Source: an uncultured Bacteroidales bacterium (GTDB taxonomy: Bacteria; Bacteroidota; Bacteroidia; Bacteroidales; P3). From it: a stretch of DNA of 64,000 nt. Shown piece by piece: positions 37,146 to 46,105 of the stretch. Location: contig ONFR01000020.1 of the NCBI GenBank assembly GCA_900317125.1, positions 345-64,344 on the forward strand, given 5' to 3'. The position numbers were made by a program, and so were the translations under genes. The number at the start of each line of letters is the position of its first letter. The first letter of the stretch is position 1. Below the pieces are notes generated by a model that saw nothing but the letters and a program-made list of their open reading frames with translations, was not told the DNA's origin and searched no databases.

Positions 37146-38864
37146 ATGTCAGAATATATGGAATTTAAAACGGTGCAGTGCAAGGACTGCTACCGTTGTG
37201 TGAGAGAATGCCCTGTAAAGGCCATCGAAGTAAAAGGTCACCACGCACAGATTATTGAAGACCACTGCATCCTGTGCGGGCATTGCACGCATGTCTGTCC
37301 CCAAAACGCCAAGATTGTTCATAGCGAACTTCCCCTCGTCCGGCAATTGCTGGCCTCGGGCGACCGTATTGCAGCATCCGTCGCCCCCTCGTTTATCAGC
37401 AGCCTGAAGGTGAAGGATTTCACCACCCTGCATATTGCGCTTGCCAAACTGGGGTTCTCCATTGTTGAAGAGACCGCCCTCGGAGCCCAGGCAGTGGTTG
37501 AAGAGTACAAGAAAGTGCTTGCCAAAGGCGAGATGCGCAACTTCATCACGTCCGCCTGTCCCGCCGCCTGCCGCCTTATCCAGATGTACTATCCCAAGGC
37601 CCTGCCCTATCTCGCTCCTGTCGAGTCGCCCATGGTGGCACACGCCAAAATGCTGCGCCGCAATAATCCCGATATGAAAATCGTCTTCATCGGACCCTGC
37701 ATCGCCAAGAAACGCGAAGCCGACGAACACAATATCGACGCTGTCCTTACTTTCGAGGAACTGCTCACCCTGTTGAACGAAAACAATATCGACCTCAGCA
37801 ATATCAACCGTCTCACCATCGACAGCGAAAACGCTGGTGCCAACCGTGCCAAAGCTTTCCCTGTCACGAGAGGCATTATCCGCTCTTTCGATGCCCTGCC
37901 CGAAGGCTATCACTACATGACTGTTGACGGTGCTGCCCGCATCCAGGAGGTACTGGAGAACATCGAATCGCTCGACCACGCCTTTATCGAGATGAACGTC
38001 TGTCCCGGTGGCTGTATCAACGGGCCCTATTCTATCCCGCAGGAAGGCGGCATGATAAAAGCCGAGATGGACATCATGGAATATGTCGAACACGAGTTGG
38101 CCACCCATCCCCACACTCCGGCTCCCGATGCAGGTGTATCGTTGAGCATGGCCTACCCGCGCCTCAGAGCCCACAACCGTCCTGCCACCGAGAAAGAGAT
38201 TGAGGACGTGCTCCACCGCACAGGCAAATTCTCCAAACAGGATGAACTGAACTGCGGAGCCTGCGGCTACAGCACCTGCCGCGAAAAGGCTTGGGCTGTA
38301 GTGAACGGCTATGCCGACATCGACATCTGCCTGCCCTACATGCGCAAACGTGCCGAAAGCCTTGCCATCGACGTTGTCCGCAATTCTCCCGAAGGTGTTA
38401 TTCTGGTCAATTCCGACATGAATATCGTCGACACCAACGCCACCGCCATGAAGATGATGGGCATGTCCGGCAAACCCGAAAGCTACCAGGGACGGCCGCT
38501 CTCCGACTTCTTCCCTCCCATCGAGTTCTACAATGCCTACAATGGCCGTTGCCGTGTGGAAAACAAGTGCCTCCATATCGGTGCCACCAACAGGTACGTA
38601 AGCCTCACCGTCAGCCTGCTCAGCGAACAGGATCTGCTGTTCGGCCTCATGAAGGACATCTCCGACGAGGTGAACTACGACAAGAAACTGGACAAGGTGA
38701 AACTGGAGACCATCAGTACCACCGACGGTCTGATTATGAAACAAATGCGCGTGGCGCAAGAGATAGCCTCATTGCTTGGCGAAACCACAGCTGAAACCAA
38801 GGTCGCCTTGCTCAACTTGAAAAAGATGCTGCAAGACTCAGTGGCCAGGGAGGACAAAGAATGA
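37146..38864 (+). CDS. hydS: Putative sensory [FeFe]-hydrogenase (HydS-like, group C type) with a C-terminal PAS domain
   Basis: Two CxxCxxCxxxCP motifs. Degenerate H-cluster motifs 'TSACPA', 'GPCIAKKRE' and 'EMNVCPGGCING'. An exact Cx2Cx4Cx16C motif ('CGACGYSTC...DIC'). A PAS-like segment ('VRNSPEGVILVNSDMNIVDTNATAMKMMG'). Confidence 0.8.
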   Translation: MSEYMEFKTVQCKDCYRCVRECPVKAIEVKGHHAQIIEDHCILCGHCTHVCPQNAKIVHSELPLVRQLLASGDRIAASVAPSFISSLKVKDFTTLHIALAKLGFSIVEETALGAQAVVEEYKKVLAKGEMRNFITSACPAACRLIQMYYPKALPYLAPVESPMVAHAKMLRRNNPDMKIVFIGPCIAKKREADEHNIDAVLTFEELLTLLNENNIDLSNINRLTIDSENAGANRAKAFPVTRGIIRSFDALPEGYHYMTVDGAARIQEVLENIESLDHAFIEMNVCPGGCINGPYSIPQEGGMIKAEMDIMEYVEHELATHPHTPAPDAGVSLSMAYPRLRAHNRPATEKEIEDVLHRTGKFSKQDELNCGACGYSTCREKAWAVVNGYADIDICLPYMRKRAESLAIDVVRNSPEGVILVNSDMNIVDTNATAMKMMGMSGKPESYQGRPLSDFFPPIEFYNAYNGRCRVENKCLHIGATNRYVSLTVSLLSEQDLLFGLMKDISDEVNYDKKLDKVKLETISTTDGLIMKQMRVAQEIASLLGETTAETKVALLNLKKMLQDSVAREDKE

Positions 38865-40027
38865 AGAATCTTTGCATAGAATATGGCTTCACCTCGCTCA
38901 ACCATGTAGGCGAAGAGCTGTGTGGCGACAACGTGGAAACATGTGTACGCGGCGACTACACCACCGTGGTGTTGGCCGACGGGCTAGGCAGTGGCGTAAA
39001 AGCCAATATCCTTGCCACACTCACCAGCAAAATCCTTTGCACCATGGTGGCCAACGAAGCCGACATCGAAGAGTGTGTGGAGACCATCATCCAAACACTC
39101 CCGGTATGTAAGGAACGCCAGCTTGCCTACAGCACCTTCTCCGTAATCCATGTCGACAACAACGGCAAAGGCCACTTGTTCGAATTCGACAACCCCGAAG
39201 CCATCTGGTACCACAACGGCCACACTCAGGACTTCCCCAACCGCCAGCCCCTCACCATCTGCGGCAAGCAGGTGTTCCACACCGAGCTCTCCCTCTCCGA
39301 AGGCGACATGGTCTTCGTCATGAGCGACGGCACCATCCACGCCGGCATCGGCCAGATACTGAACTTCGGCTGGCAGCGCAAGGAAATCATGGAGCACCTC
39401 GACCACAACGTCGACGCCCACATGTCGGCCCGTGCTGCCGCCTGCCTGCTTGCATCGGCCTGCAACGACCTCTACCTCGACCGTCCGGGCGACGACACCA
39501 CCGTGGCCGCCATCCGCATCCATCGCCGCATGGAAGTACACATCATGGTAGGTCCCCCTGTCGACAAAGAAAAAGACCAATTCTACGTGCAGCGCTTCAT
39601 GGAGGGGGCCGACAAGCGCATCGTCTGCGGCGGCACTAGCTCGCAGATTGTGGCACGCTGTCTCGGGCGCCAGCTCAAGACCAGCTTCGACTTCCCCGAC
39701 CGCGAAGTACCCCCCATCGGCTTCATCGACGGCATCGACCTCACCACCGAGGGGGTCATCACCCTCCGCCGCCTCCTCTCACTCTCCGAGAAATACGTAT
39801 CCTCCAAAGACCTCACCCCGAAAACCTACTCCAAAAAGGACGGCGGCTCGCTTTTAGCCAACATCATCTTCGAAGAAGCCACCCATGTGGTCTTCTTCGT
39901 CGGACAGAACGTGAATGCAGCCCACCAGGGTCTGGACATAGATATCACCATGAAGCTGAAGCTCGTCGAGCATATCGCCGAAAATCTACGCCGCATGGGT
40001 AAAGAAGTAACCGTAAACTACGATTGA
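38861..40027 (+). CDS. SpoIIE/PP2C-family serine phosphatase with an uncharacterised C-terminal domain
   Basis: 'GEELCGDNVE', 'VVLADGLGSGVKANI' and 'VFVMSDGTIHAG'. ATGA overlap with the HydS-like gene. About 190 C-terminal residues carry no motif I recognise. Confidence 0.75.
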   Translation: MKNLCIEYGFTSLNHVGEELCGDNVETCVRGDYTTVVLADGLGSGVKANILATLTSKILCTMVANEADIEECVETIIQTLPVCKERQLAYSTFSVIHVDNNGKGHLFEFDNPEAIWYHNGHTQDFPNRQPLTICGKQVFHTELSLSEGDMVFVMSDGTIHAGIGQILNFGWQRKEIMEHLDHNVDAHMSARAAACLLASACNDLYLDRPGDDTTVAAIRIHRRMEVHIMVGPPVDKEKDQFYVQRFMEGADKRIVCGGTSSQIVARCLGRQLKTSFDFPDREVPPIGFIDGIDLTTEGVITLRRLLSLSEKYVSSKDLTPKTYSKKDGGSLLANIIFEEATHVVFFVGQNVNAAHQGLDIDITMKLKLVEHIAENLRRMGKEVTVNYD

Positions 40028-40029
40028 TT

Positions 40030-41481
40030 ATGGAACAGAAACTTTTCGACACCAACGTACAATGGATTAAATACAAGGTACTGAAAGAGGTCATCCGCCG
40101 CGCCTACGAGGGCGGTCTCGAAAATGCCTATCTCGAGATACCCAAAATCATCAGCCCGGGCCCGAAATCCGAGCTCAACTGCTGTATCTACAAAGAACGT
40201 GCCATTGTACAGGAACGCATCCACATGGCCATGGGGGGCGACAAGGACAACCCCAACCCCGTCCAGGTGATGGAAACCGCCTGCGACGAGTGCCCCGCAG
40301 CCGGCATGATGGTGACTCCCGCATGCCGTGGCTGCTTGATGCATGCCTGCCAAGACGTTTGTCCACGCAACGCCATCACCATTGTCAACCACCGGTGCGT
40401 CATCGACAAGTCCAAGTGCATCGAATGCGGCAAGTGCTCCCAAGCCTGTCCCTATAGCGCCATCATCGCCCAGAAACGTCCCTGCATGCAGAGCTGCAAA
40501 GTGAAAGCCATCAGCATCAACGACGAGGACAAGGCGGTTATCGACAACAGCAAGTGCATCTCCTGCGGCGCTTGCGTCTACAAGTGCCCCTTCGGCGCCA
40601 TCAGCGACCGCAGCCTGGTACTTGACATCATCAAGCTCCTCCAGGAGTCGGAGAACAACACACGCTACCGTGTCTACGCCGTCATCGCACCTGCCATCGT
40701 CAGCCAATGCCGGTTCGGACGCATCACCCAAGTGGTCACCGCCATCAAGAAACTGGGATTCCACCAGGTTGTTGAAGCCGCCTTGGGTGCCGACATCACC
40801 CTCTACAACGAGGCACGCGAATTCCGCGAGAAAGGCGAAGGCGCCGTCATGACCACCTCGTGCTGCCCGGCCTTCGTCAGTTTTGTCGAGAAGAACTTCC
40901 CCGAATTCAAGGATGCCATCTCCTCATCCGTCTCGCCCATGGTGACCACTGCAAAACTCATCAAACACTCCGACCCCACCGCCCGTGTCGTCTTCATCGG
41001 CCCCTGCGCCGCCAAGAAAGGCGAATACACCCTCGCCAAAACCGGCGGCATGATCGACTCCGTCATGAGTTTCGAAGAGCTCCAGGCCTTTGTCGACGCC
41101 CGCGGTATCGACACCACCCAACAGGAAGACACCATCCTCGACAACGCCTCCTACTATGGCCGTATCTTCGCCAAGAGCGGCGGTATCGCCCAAGGCGTAG
41201 CCTACGTGGCCGGGAAGATGGGCTTCGATGGGGTCAAACCCATCGCCATGAACGGTATCGACCAGTGCCGCATGCAGCTCACGCTGCTGCGTGCCAAAAA
41301 AGCCACCGCCAACTTCTTCGAAGGCATGGCCTGCGACGGCGGCTGCATCGGAGGACCGCTCTGCATCACCCACTCACCGCGCAACGTGGTCGATGTCGAC
41401 AAATACGGCAACGAAGCCAAGGAAAAAGACATCGACGGCTCCGTGCGCCTCTACGAAATGACCATGCAGGACAAAAAATGA
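40030..41481 (+). CDS. hydA: Catalytic monomeric [FeFe]-hydrogenase, group B type
   Basis: Canonical H-cluster motifs 'TTSCCPAF', 'GPCAAKKGE' and 'FEGMACDGGCIGGP'. Cys-rich N-terminus with two ferredoxin-type CxxCxxCxxxCP motifs and extra Cys clusters. Confidence 0.85.
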   Translation: MEQKLFDTNVQWIKYKVLKEVIRRAYEGGLENAYLEIPKIISPGPKSELNCCIYKERAIVQERIHMAMGGDKDNPNPVQVMETACDECPAAGMMVTPACRGCLMHACQDVCPRNAITIVNHRCVIDKSKCIECGKCSQACPYSAIIAQKRPCMQSCKVKAISINDEDKAVIDNSKCISCGACVYKCPFGAISDRSLVLDIIKLLQESENNTRYRVYAVIAPAIVSQCRFGRITQVVTAIKKLGFHQVVEAALGADITLYNEAREFREKGEGAVMTTSCCPAFVSFVEKNFPEFKDAISSSVSPMVTTAKLIKHSDPTARVVFIGPCAAKKGEYTLAKTGGMIDSVMSFEELQAFVDARGIDTTQQEDTILDNASYYGRIFAKSGGIAQGVAYVAGKMGFDGVKPIAMNGIDQCRMQLTLLRAKKATANFFEGMACDGGCIGGPLCITHSPRNVVDVDKYGNEAKEKDIDGSVRLYEMTMQDKK

Positions 41482-41507
41482 ACGAATAAACTTTTACACA
41501 AAAAATA

Positions 41508-42923
41508 ATGACAAACAAAAAAAATTATCGTACCGAAACCGACCTCCTCGGTTCAAAAGAAGTACCCGAAGAGGTGTACTACGGTGTTCAAACCAGCCGT
41601 GCCATAGACAACTTCCACATCAGTGGACACCTGCTCAGCAGCTATCCCAACTTCATCCGGGGCATGGCCATCACCAAGAAAGCCGCCGCCATGGCCAACA
41701 TGGAAGTGGGCATGATCACCCCCGAACAGGGCGAGGCCATCTGCTGGGCCTGCGACCAGCTCATCTCTGGACGTTTCCACGACCAGTTCCCCATCGACAT
41801 GATACAAGGCGGTGCCGGCACCAGCACCAACATGGCTGCCAACGAAGTTATCGCCAACCTCGCCCTTGAACGTATGGGCCACCAACGCGGCGAATACCAA
41901 TACTGCTCGCCCAACGACGTTGTCAACGCCTCGCAAAGCACCAACGACGCCTACCCCTGCGCCATCCACATGGCCATGTGTCTCGAACACCTTGCCTTCA
42001 TGCCCCATCTGGAGAAGATGATCGACTCCCTCGACAAGAAAACCAAGGAGTTTGCCCACGTCATCAAGATGGGCCGCACCCAGCTGCAGGACGCCGTCCC
42101 CATGACCCTTGGACAGACCTTCAGCGGTTTTGCCGCCGCCCTGCGTGGCGAGGTGGCCAACCTCCGCAATGCCGCCGACGAATTCCTCACCGTCAACATG
42201 GGTGCCACCGCCATCGGCACCGGCATCTGCTCCAAACCCGGCTACAGCGAAGCCTGCATCAAGGCCCTCCGTAAAGTCACCGGCTGGAACATCACCCTGG
42301 CCGACAACCTTATCGAGGCCACCAGCGCCACCAGCTGCATGATCCAATACAGCTCCGCCATGAAACGTCTGGCACTGAAGGTCAACAAGATGTGCAACGA
42401 CCTCCGCCTCCTCTCCTCCGGCCCCCGCTGCGGCCTGAACGAAATCCACCTCCCCGAGCGTCAGCCCGGCTCCTCCATCATGCCCGGTAAGGTCAACCCC
42501 GTCATCCCCGAGGTCATGAACCAGGTCTGCTACAAAGTCATCGGCAACGACATGTGCATCACCTTTGCCAGCGACAACGGCCAGCTCGAGCTCAACGTCA
42601 TGGAACCCGTCATCGCCTACACCCTCTTCGAGAGCGTCCACCTGCTGGAGAACGGACTCGACACCCTCCGCACCCTCTGCATCGACGGCATCGTCGCCAA
42701 CGAGGAGCGCTGCCGCCAGCTTGTTCAGAACAGCATCGGCATCGTCACCATGCTCAACCCCATTATCGGTTACAAGACCTCGACCAAAATTGCCAAAGAG
42801 GCTGCCGAGACTGGCCGCGGTGTATACGAGCTCGTCCTCGAACACAAACTCCTCACCAAAGAGCAGCTTGACGAAATCCTCAAGCCCGAAAACATGCTCC
42901 AACCTGTCGAAATCAAGCTCTAA
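41508..42923 (+). CDS. aspA: Aspartate ammonia-lyase
   Basis: 'YRTETDLLGSKEVPEEVYYGVQTSRAIDNF', the fumarate-lyase signature 'GSSIMPGKVNPVIPE', and a length of 471 aa. Confidence 0.85.
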   Translation: MTNKKNYRTETDLLGSKEVPEEVYYGVQTSRAIDNFHISGHLLSSYPNFIRGMAITKKAAAMANMEVGMITPEQGEAICWACDQLISGRFHDQFPIDMIQGGAGTSTNMAANEVIANLALERMGHQRGEYQYCSPNDVVNASQSTNDAYPCAIHMAMCLEHLAFMPHLEKMIDSLDKKTKEFAHVIKMGRTQLQDAVPMTLGQTFSGFAAALRGEVANLRNAADEFLTVNMGATAIGTGICSKPGYSEACIKALRKVTGWNITLADNLIEATSATSCMIQYSSAMKRLALKVNKMCNDLRLLSSGPRCGLNEIHLPERQPGSSIMPGKVNPVIPEVMNQVCYKVIGNDMCITFASDNGQLELNVMEPVIAYTLFESVHLLENGLDTLRTLCIDGIVANEERCRQLVQNSIGIVTMLNPIIGYKTSTKIAKEAAETGRGVYELVLEHKLLTKEQLDEILKPENMLQPVEIKL

Positions 42924-42951
42924 GCATCTTTCATCGATTACGATACTGCAC

Positions 42952-42983
42952 GCCCCGGAAGCTATGCCTTCCGGGGCTTTTTT
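42952..42983 (+). terminator. Rho-independent terminator after aspA
   Basis: Perfect 10-bp stem GCCCCGGAAG / CTTCCGGGGC, 6-nt loop, then TTTTTT. Confidence 0.85.
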
Positions 42984-42987
42984 GTTT

Positions 42988-43219
42988 AACCCAAATCGGT
43001 CAATGGAATATACCTACTCGAAATCTCCTACGGAGAATATATCTGTATAACAACGTTATATGCTATTAAACGAAAGCCCCTCCGGGGCAGGGATAGTTCC
43101 CATGCATTGCACGATTCGGCAGGTACTCCGTAGGAGCTCTCGCTTAATAGCCAACGTCATACCCCTCTCAAATTATACTCCGTAGGAGTTTTCGGTTTCC
43201 TAATGACCGTTTTGGGTTT
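42988..43219. mobile_element. MITE-like non-coding element M1 with ~50-bp imperfect terminal inverted repeats
   Basis: The left end 'AACCCAAATCGGTCAATGG...TCTCCTACGGAGAATA' matches the reverse complement of the right end 'AACCCAAAACGGTCATTAGGAAACCGAAAACTCCTACGGAGTATA'. An internal 'TACTCCGTAGGAG' is duplicated. Confidence 0.6.
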
Positions 43220-43238
43220 ATGACAACCTCCAATAATT

Positions 43239-43564
43239 CCCAAATCGGGCGTTAGTCCACTTATCAATCGGGATAACCGCACTCAGCGGACTGCACGCAC
43301 TGCCCACTTGGGCCGTTCAATCCCGGCTCGATATTGCCTGCTTCCCGGCTTGTTTTCCATTATTATATCGAGTAACGATGCTATAACGATACTATTACGA
43401 TGCAGGATTGAACGGCCCCTCTCCGTAGCGAGGGGAAAACGTTGCCGCTCCATGGCGCAAGGCGGGTAGGCAGAACAATGCACGGGGCAGGGTTTATCCC
43501 CGTGCATGGCACGATTCGGCAGTTAGACCGTAGGCGTTTTCGGTTTCCTAACGACCGATTTGGG
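43239..43564. mobile_element. Related MITE-like element M2
   Basis: Termini CCCAAATCGGGCGTTAG / CCTAACGACCGATTTGGG. The right ~90 bp (43484-43564) is a direct repeat of the M1 segment starting at 43084. Internal 13-bp inverted repeat GGCCGTTCAATCC/GGATTGAACGGCC. Confidence 0.55.
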
Positions 43565-43605
43565 CTGAACACGGTAGGGGTGCAGATCTTCTGGACCGTC
43601 GTCTA

Positions 43606-45456
43606 CTATTGGAGGACGAGTTTCTGTGAGGAAGAGCCTTGTGGGTAGGCGAGGGTGACGAGATAGGAGCCTGCGGGGAGGGTGGTGGCATCGATGGTGG
43701 CGGCGGGGCCGGAGATGGTCTGCCGCAGCAGTGTGCGTCCGGCTAGGTCGGTGACGGTCAACAGGGTCTCGCCTTCGGGCAGACCGCTGACGGTGAAGCT
43801 ACCGCGGACAGGGTTGGGGTAGAGGATGGCGGCGGGCTGCGCCTCGCTGTCGGCAATGCCCTCGGGGTGGCACCAGTCGGCAAAGACTACGTGGTCGGGG
43901 TGCGGGATGCCGCGCTTAAAGGCCTCGGCATAGCCGCAGGGGGTGTAGACGGTGTCGGTCTCGTTGAGTGCCGAGGGGTAGATGTAGGGCATGTGGGTGT
44001 CGCGGAGGTGCAGGATGCGGCAGCGGAGGGCTTCCTCGCCAATCGTGTCCACACGGCCGGTGAAGGTGATGGATATGGTTCGGCTACGCGGGTAGTAGGC
44101 ACGTATGCCGAGGCGTCTGAGCGAGGCGGGCATCACTTTTGACCTGACGGGAAAATGAGCGCCATATAGGGCATACGAGTCTAAAGTCTCAATCTGGTCG
44201 CCCCAGATGAAGGTGGTTAGGTTAGTCATGCTAAAAGCGCTCTCCGGGATTGTTCGCAGGCTTAGGATGCTGTCCGCCGACTTCAACACGCTATAGCTGA
44301 ATGCGCATTGGCCCAAATGCGTCAGGTTCGGAAGGGATATTTTTTGTGTTCCGCTGTTGTAATAGAAAGCATATTTGCCAATACTCTGTAGCGAGGAGGG
44401 CAGTTTGACATCGGCAGAGCTATAGGCGAAAGCCTCGTCGCCGATGGCTGTCAAGCCGTCGGGGAGGATGACCTTGGTCAAGTCGTTGTTGGTATAAAAG
44501 AGTCCGTTGCCAAGCACCCGCACGCCTGCCGGCACGGTGTATTCGCCTTGGGCACCCAACACCTGGAGCAGGGTGTCGCCGTCGAAGCTCATCAGCCGGT
44601 TGCCATCCATGCGGTAGTGTCGGCTGGCGGGGTCGACGGTGAGGTTGAATGAGGAGGAGGCGGTGTCGTGCAGCGAGCCTTCAATGCGGCATACCGTGGC
44701 GGGGATGCAGAGGGTCTGCAGGCGGCTGCAGCGAGTCAGTTCTGCACCTATCTCACGCAGCCCGTCGGGCAGGATAAGTGTGCGCAGGAATGTATTCTGG
44801 GCAAAAGCACCCGGTGCTATGCGACGGACGGCGGCAGGGACGGTGTACTGGCTGGCTTCGTTCAGTGCGGCGTAGGCAAGCAGCAGGGTGGTGTCGCTGT
44901 TGCACAGGGCCACAGAGTCCACTGCCACATAGTGGGGGTTGGCGGGGTCGACGGTGAAACGTTTAATCTGGGTGCCGCTGAAAGCGTCCTCGGCAATATA
45001 CTCCACACCGGCGGGGATATGGAATACCTCCATGTGTCCACTGCTCCTTCTGTTGGCAAAAGCCCCTTTCTCGATGAGGCGTACCGATTCAGGCAGGGTG
45101 ATGGGGGCCATGCCGTTCTTGAATGCTTCCACCCCTATTTCCTCGATTGTGGGTGGCAGGGTGATGGTAAATAGCAATTCACCAGAGTTTCTGAAAGCCT
45201 GGTAGCCGATGCGGTTGACGGTGTACTCGCAGCCGAAGATGGTCACCGTGGCAGGCACATGGGTTGGATCGGGGTAAGAGTCGCAATGACCGTCGGGACA
45301 CTGCATGGGGCTCAGTTCCACGGTACTGTCCGAAGTGATATGGTAATATAGGTAACCGACCTTGTGATAGACGGTATCATCTTGATATCTGATGGCCTGT
45401 CCATACGTCACAAGTCCACAAGCCAAGAGGGCAAGAGAGAGAAATGCCTTTTTCAT
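43606..45456 (-). CDS. BspA-like leucine-rich-repeat surface protein with a T9SS C-terminal sorting domain
   Basis: Signal peptide 'MKKAFLSLALLACGLVTYGQ'. Repeated 'L..I.LP..L..IG..AF' units. C-terminus 'ILYPNPVRGSFTVSGL...GSYLVTLAY...KLVLQ'. Confidence 0.8.
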   Translation of the reverse strand: MKKAFLSLALLACGLVTYGQAIRYQDDTVYHKVGYLYYHITSDSTVELSPMQCPDGHCDSYPDPTHVPATVTIFGCEYTVNRIGYQAFRNSGELLFTITLPPTIEEIGVEAFKNGMAPITLPESVRLIEKGAFANRRSSGHMEVFHIPAGVEYIAEDAFSGTQIKRFTVDPANPHYVAVDSVALCNSDTTLLLAYAALNEASQYTVPAAVRRIAPGAFAQNTFLRTLILPDGLREIGAELTRCSRLQTLCIPATVCRIEGSLHDTASSSFNLTVDPASRHYRMDGNRLMSFDGDTLLQVLGAQGEYTVPAGVRVLGNGLFYTNNDLTKVILPDGLTAIGDEAFAYSSADVKLPSSLQSIGKYAFYYNSGTQKISLPNLTHLGQCAFSYSVLKSADSILSLRTIPESAFSMTNLTTFIWGDQIETLDSYALYGAHFPVRSKVMPASLRRLGIRAYYPRSRTISITFTGRVDTIGEEALRCRILHLRDTHMPYIYPSALNETDTVYTPCGYAEAFKRGIPHPDHVVFADWCHPEGIADSEAQPAAILYPNPVRGSFTVSGLPEGETLLTVTDLAGRTLLRQTISGPAATIDATTLPAGSYLVTLAYPQGSSSQKLVLQ

Positions 45457-45508
45457 GGTATTGATTGTTTGGTTGTTGTGGTTATTGTAATTGTTTCTGT
45501 TTACTTTG

Positions 45509-45516
45509 CAAAGATA
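45509..45516 (-). promoter_or_regulatory. -7 box (TATCTTTG on the minus strand) for the LRR gene
   Basis: Plus-strand CAAAGATA, 53 nt upstream of the ATG at 45456. Confidence 0.5.
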
Positions 45517-45613
45517 CTGCTTTTATTTGAATAGTTAGATATTTTTTTCTTTGATTTGTCTCAATGGATACGGGTGCTAAATGGTTCATCTGTTGTATAG
45601 AAATTGTTGTGGA

Positions 45614-46093
45614 TTAATGTGCTAATCTTCTTACCATCTCATCTGAAATGGCCATTATTTGCTCTATATCATCAGTGTGGAAGATGCATATTGACTTCGT
45701 TGTTGATGATAAGGCCAGGTGATTGCAGTCTTTGTCAGTAGATATATTTGCTTTTATGTGAGGATCGGATTTTAAAACAGTCCATTGGGTTACATGAATT
45801 CCATACATGAATTGTTTCATTAATTCGCTGGGGTAATCTTGAGAGATGAACTCTTCGCAGAGGGATACCCATGCGGAGTCGGTGGTGGCGTGAATCAAAG
45901 TGACATCGACAGCAGTGGTGTCGTTTACCCGGTATTGCTTAACAAAGGAGACTTCGAGACCTTCCCGCCCCTGATACTGGCGGTAGACATCGCTGCACTG
46001 GTCAATAGGAACGGTGCGAGGCATAAGCATCAGACATGCCCCCGCGATGATTAGCAGGCTGCAAAGTGTGACGATTATCCAAGAGTGTTTCAT
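45614..46093 (-). CDS. Hypothetical membrane-anchored protein, last gene of the ECF sigma operon
   Basis: N-terminal TM segment 'WIIVTLCSLLIIAGACLMLM'. No motif I recognise. Confidence 0.5.
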   Translation of the reverse strand: MKHSWIIVTLCSLLIIAGACLMLMPRTVPIDQCSDVYRQYQGREGLEVSFVKQYRVNDTTAVDVTLIHATTDSAWVSLCEEFISQDYPSELMKQFMYGIHVTQWTVLKSDPHIKANISTDKDCNHLALSSTTKSICIFHTDDIEQIMAISDEMVRRLAH

Positions 46094-46105
46094 GATGTGC
46101 AGTAT

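Noticed and set aside
37149-38759. 536-aa ORF on the minus strand
   Set aside because: Shadow ORF antisense to the HydS-like gene, whose Fe-S and H-cluster motifs establish the plus-strand frame.
41553-42902. 449-aa ORF on the minus strand
   Set aside because: Antisense to aspA, which carries the fumarate-lyase signature on the plus strand. The composition is typical of a shadow ORF.
43283-43648. Short ORFs (74, 63 and 68 aa) inside the MITE-like element M2
   Set aside because: They lie within the repeated, palindromic sequence. They have no start-site context and no recognisable motifs.
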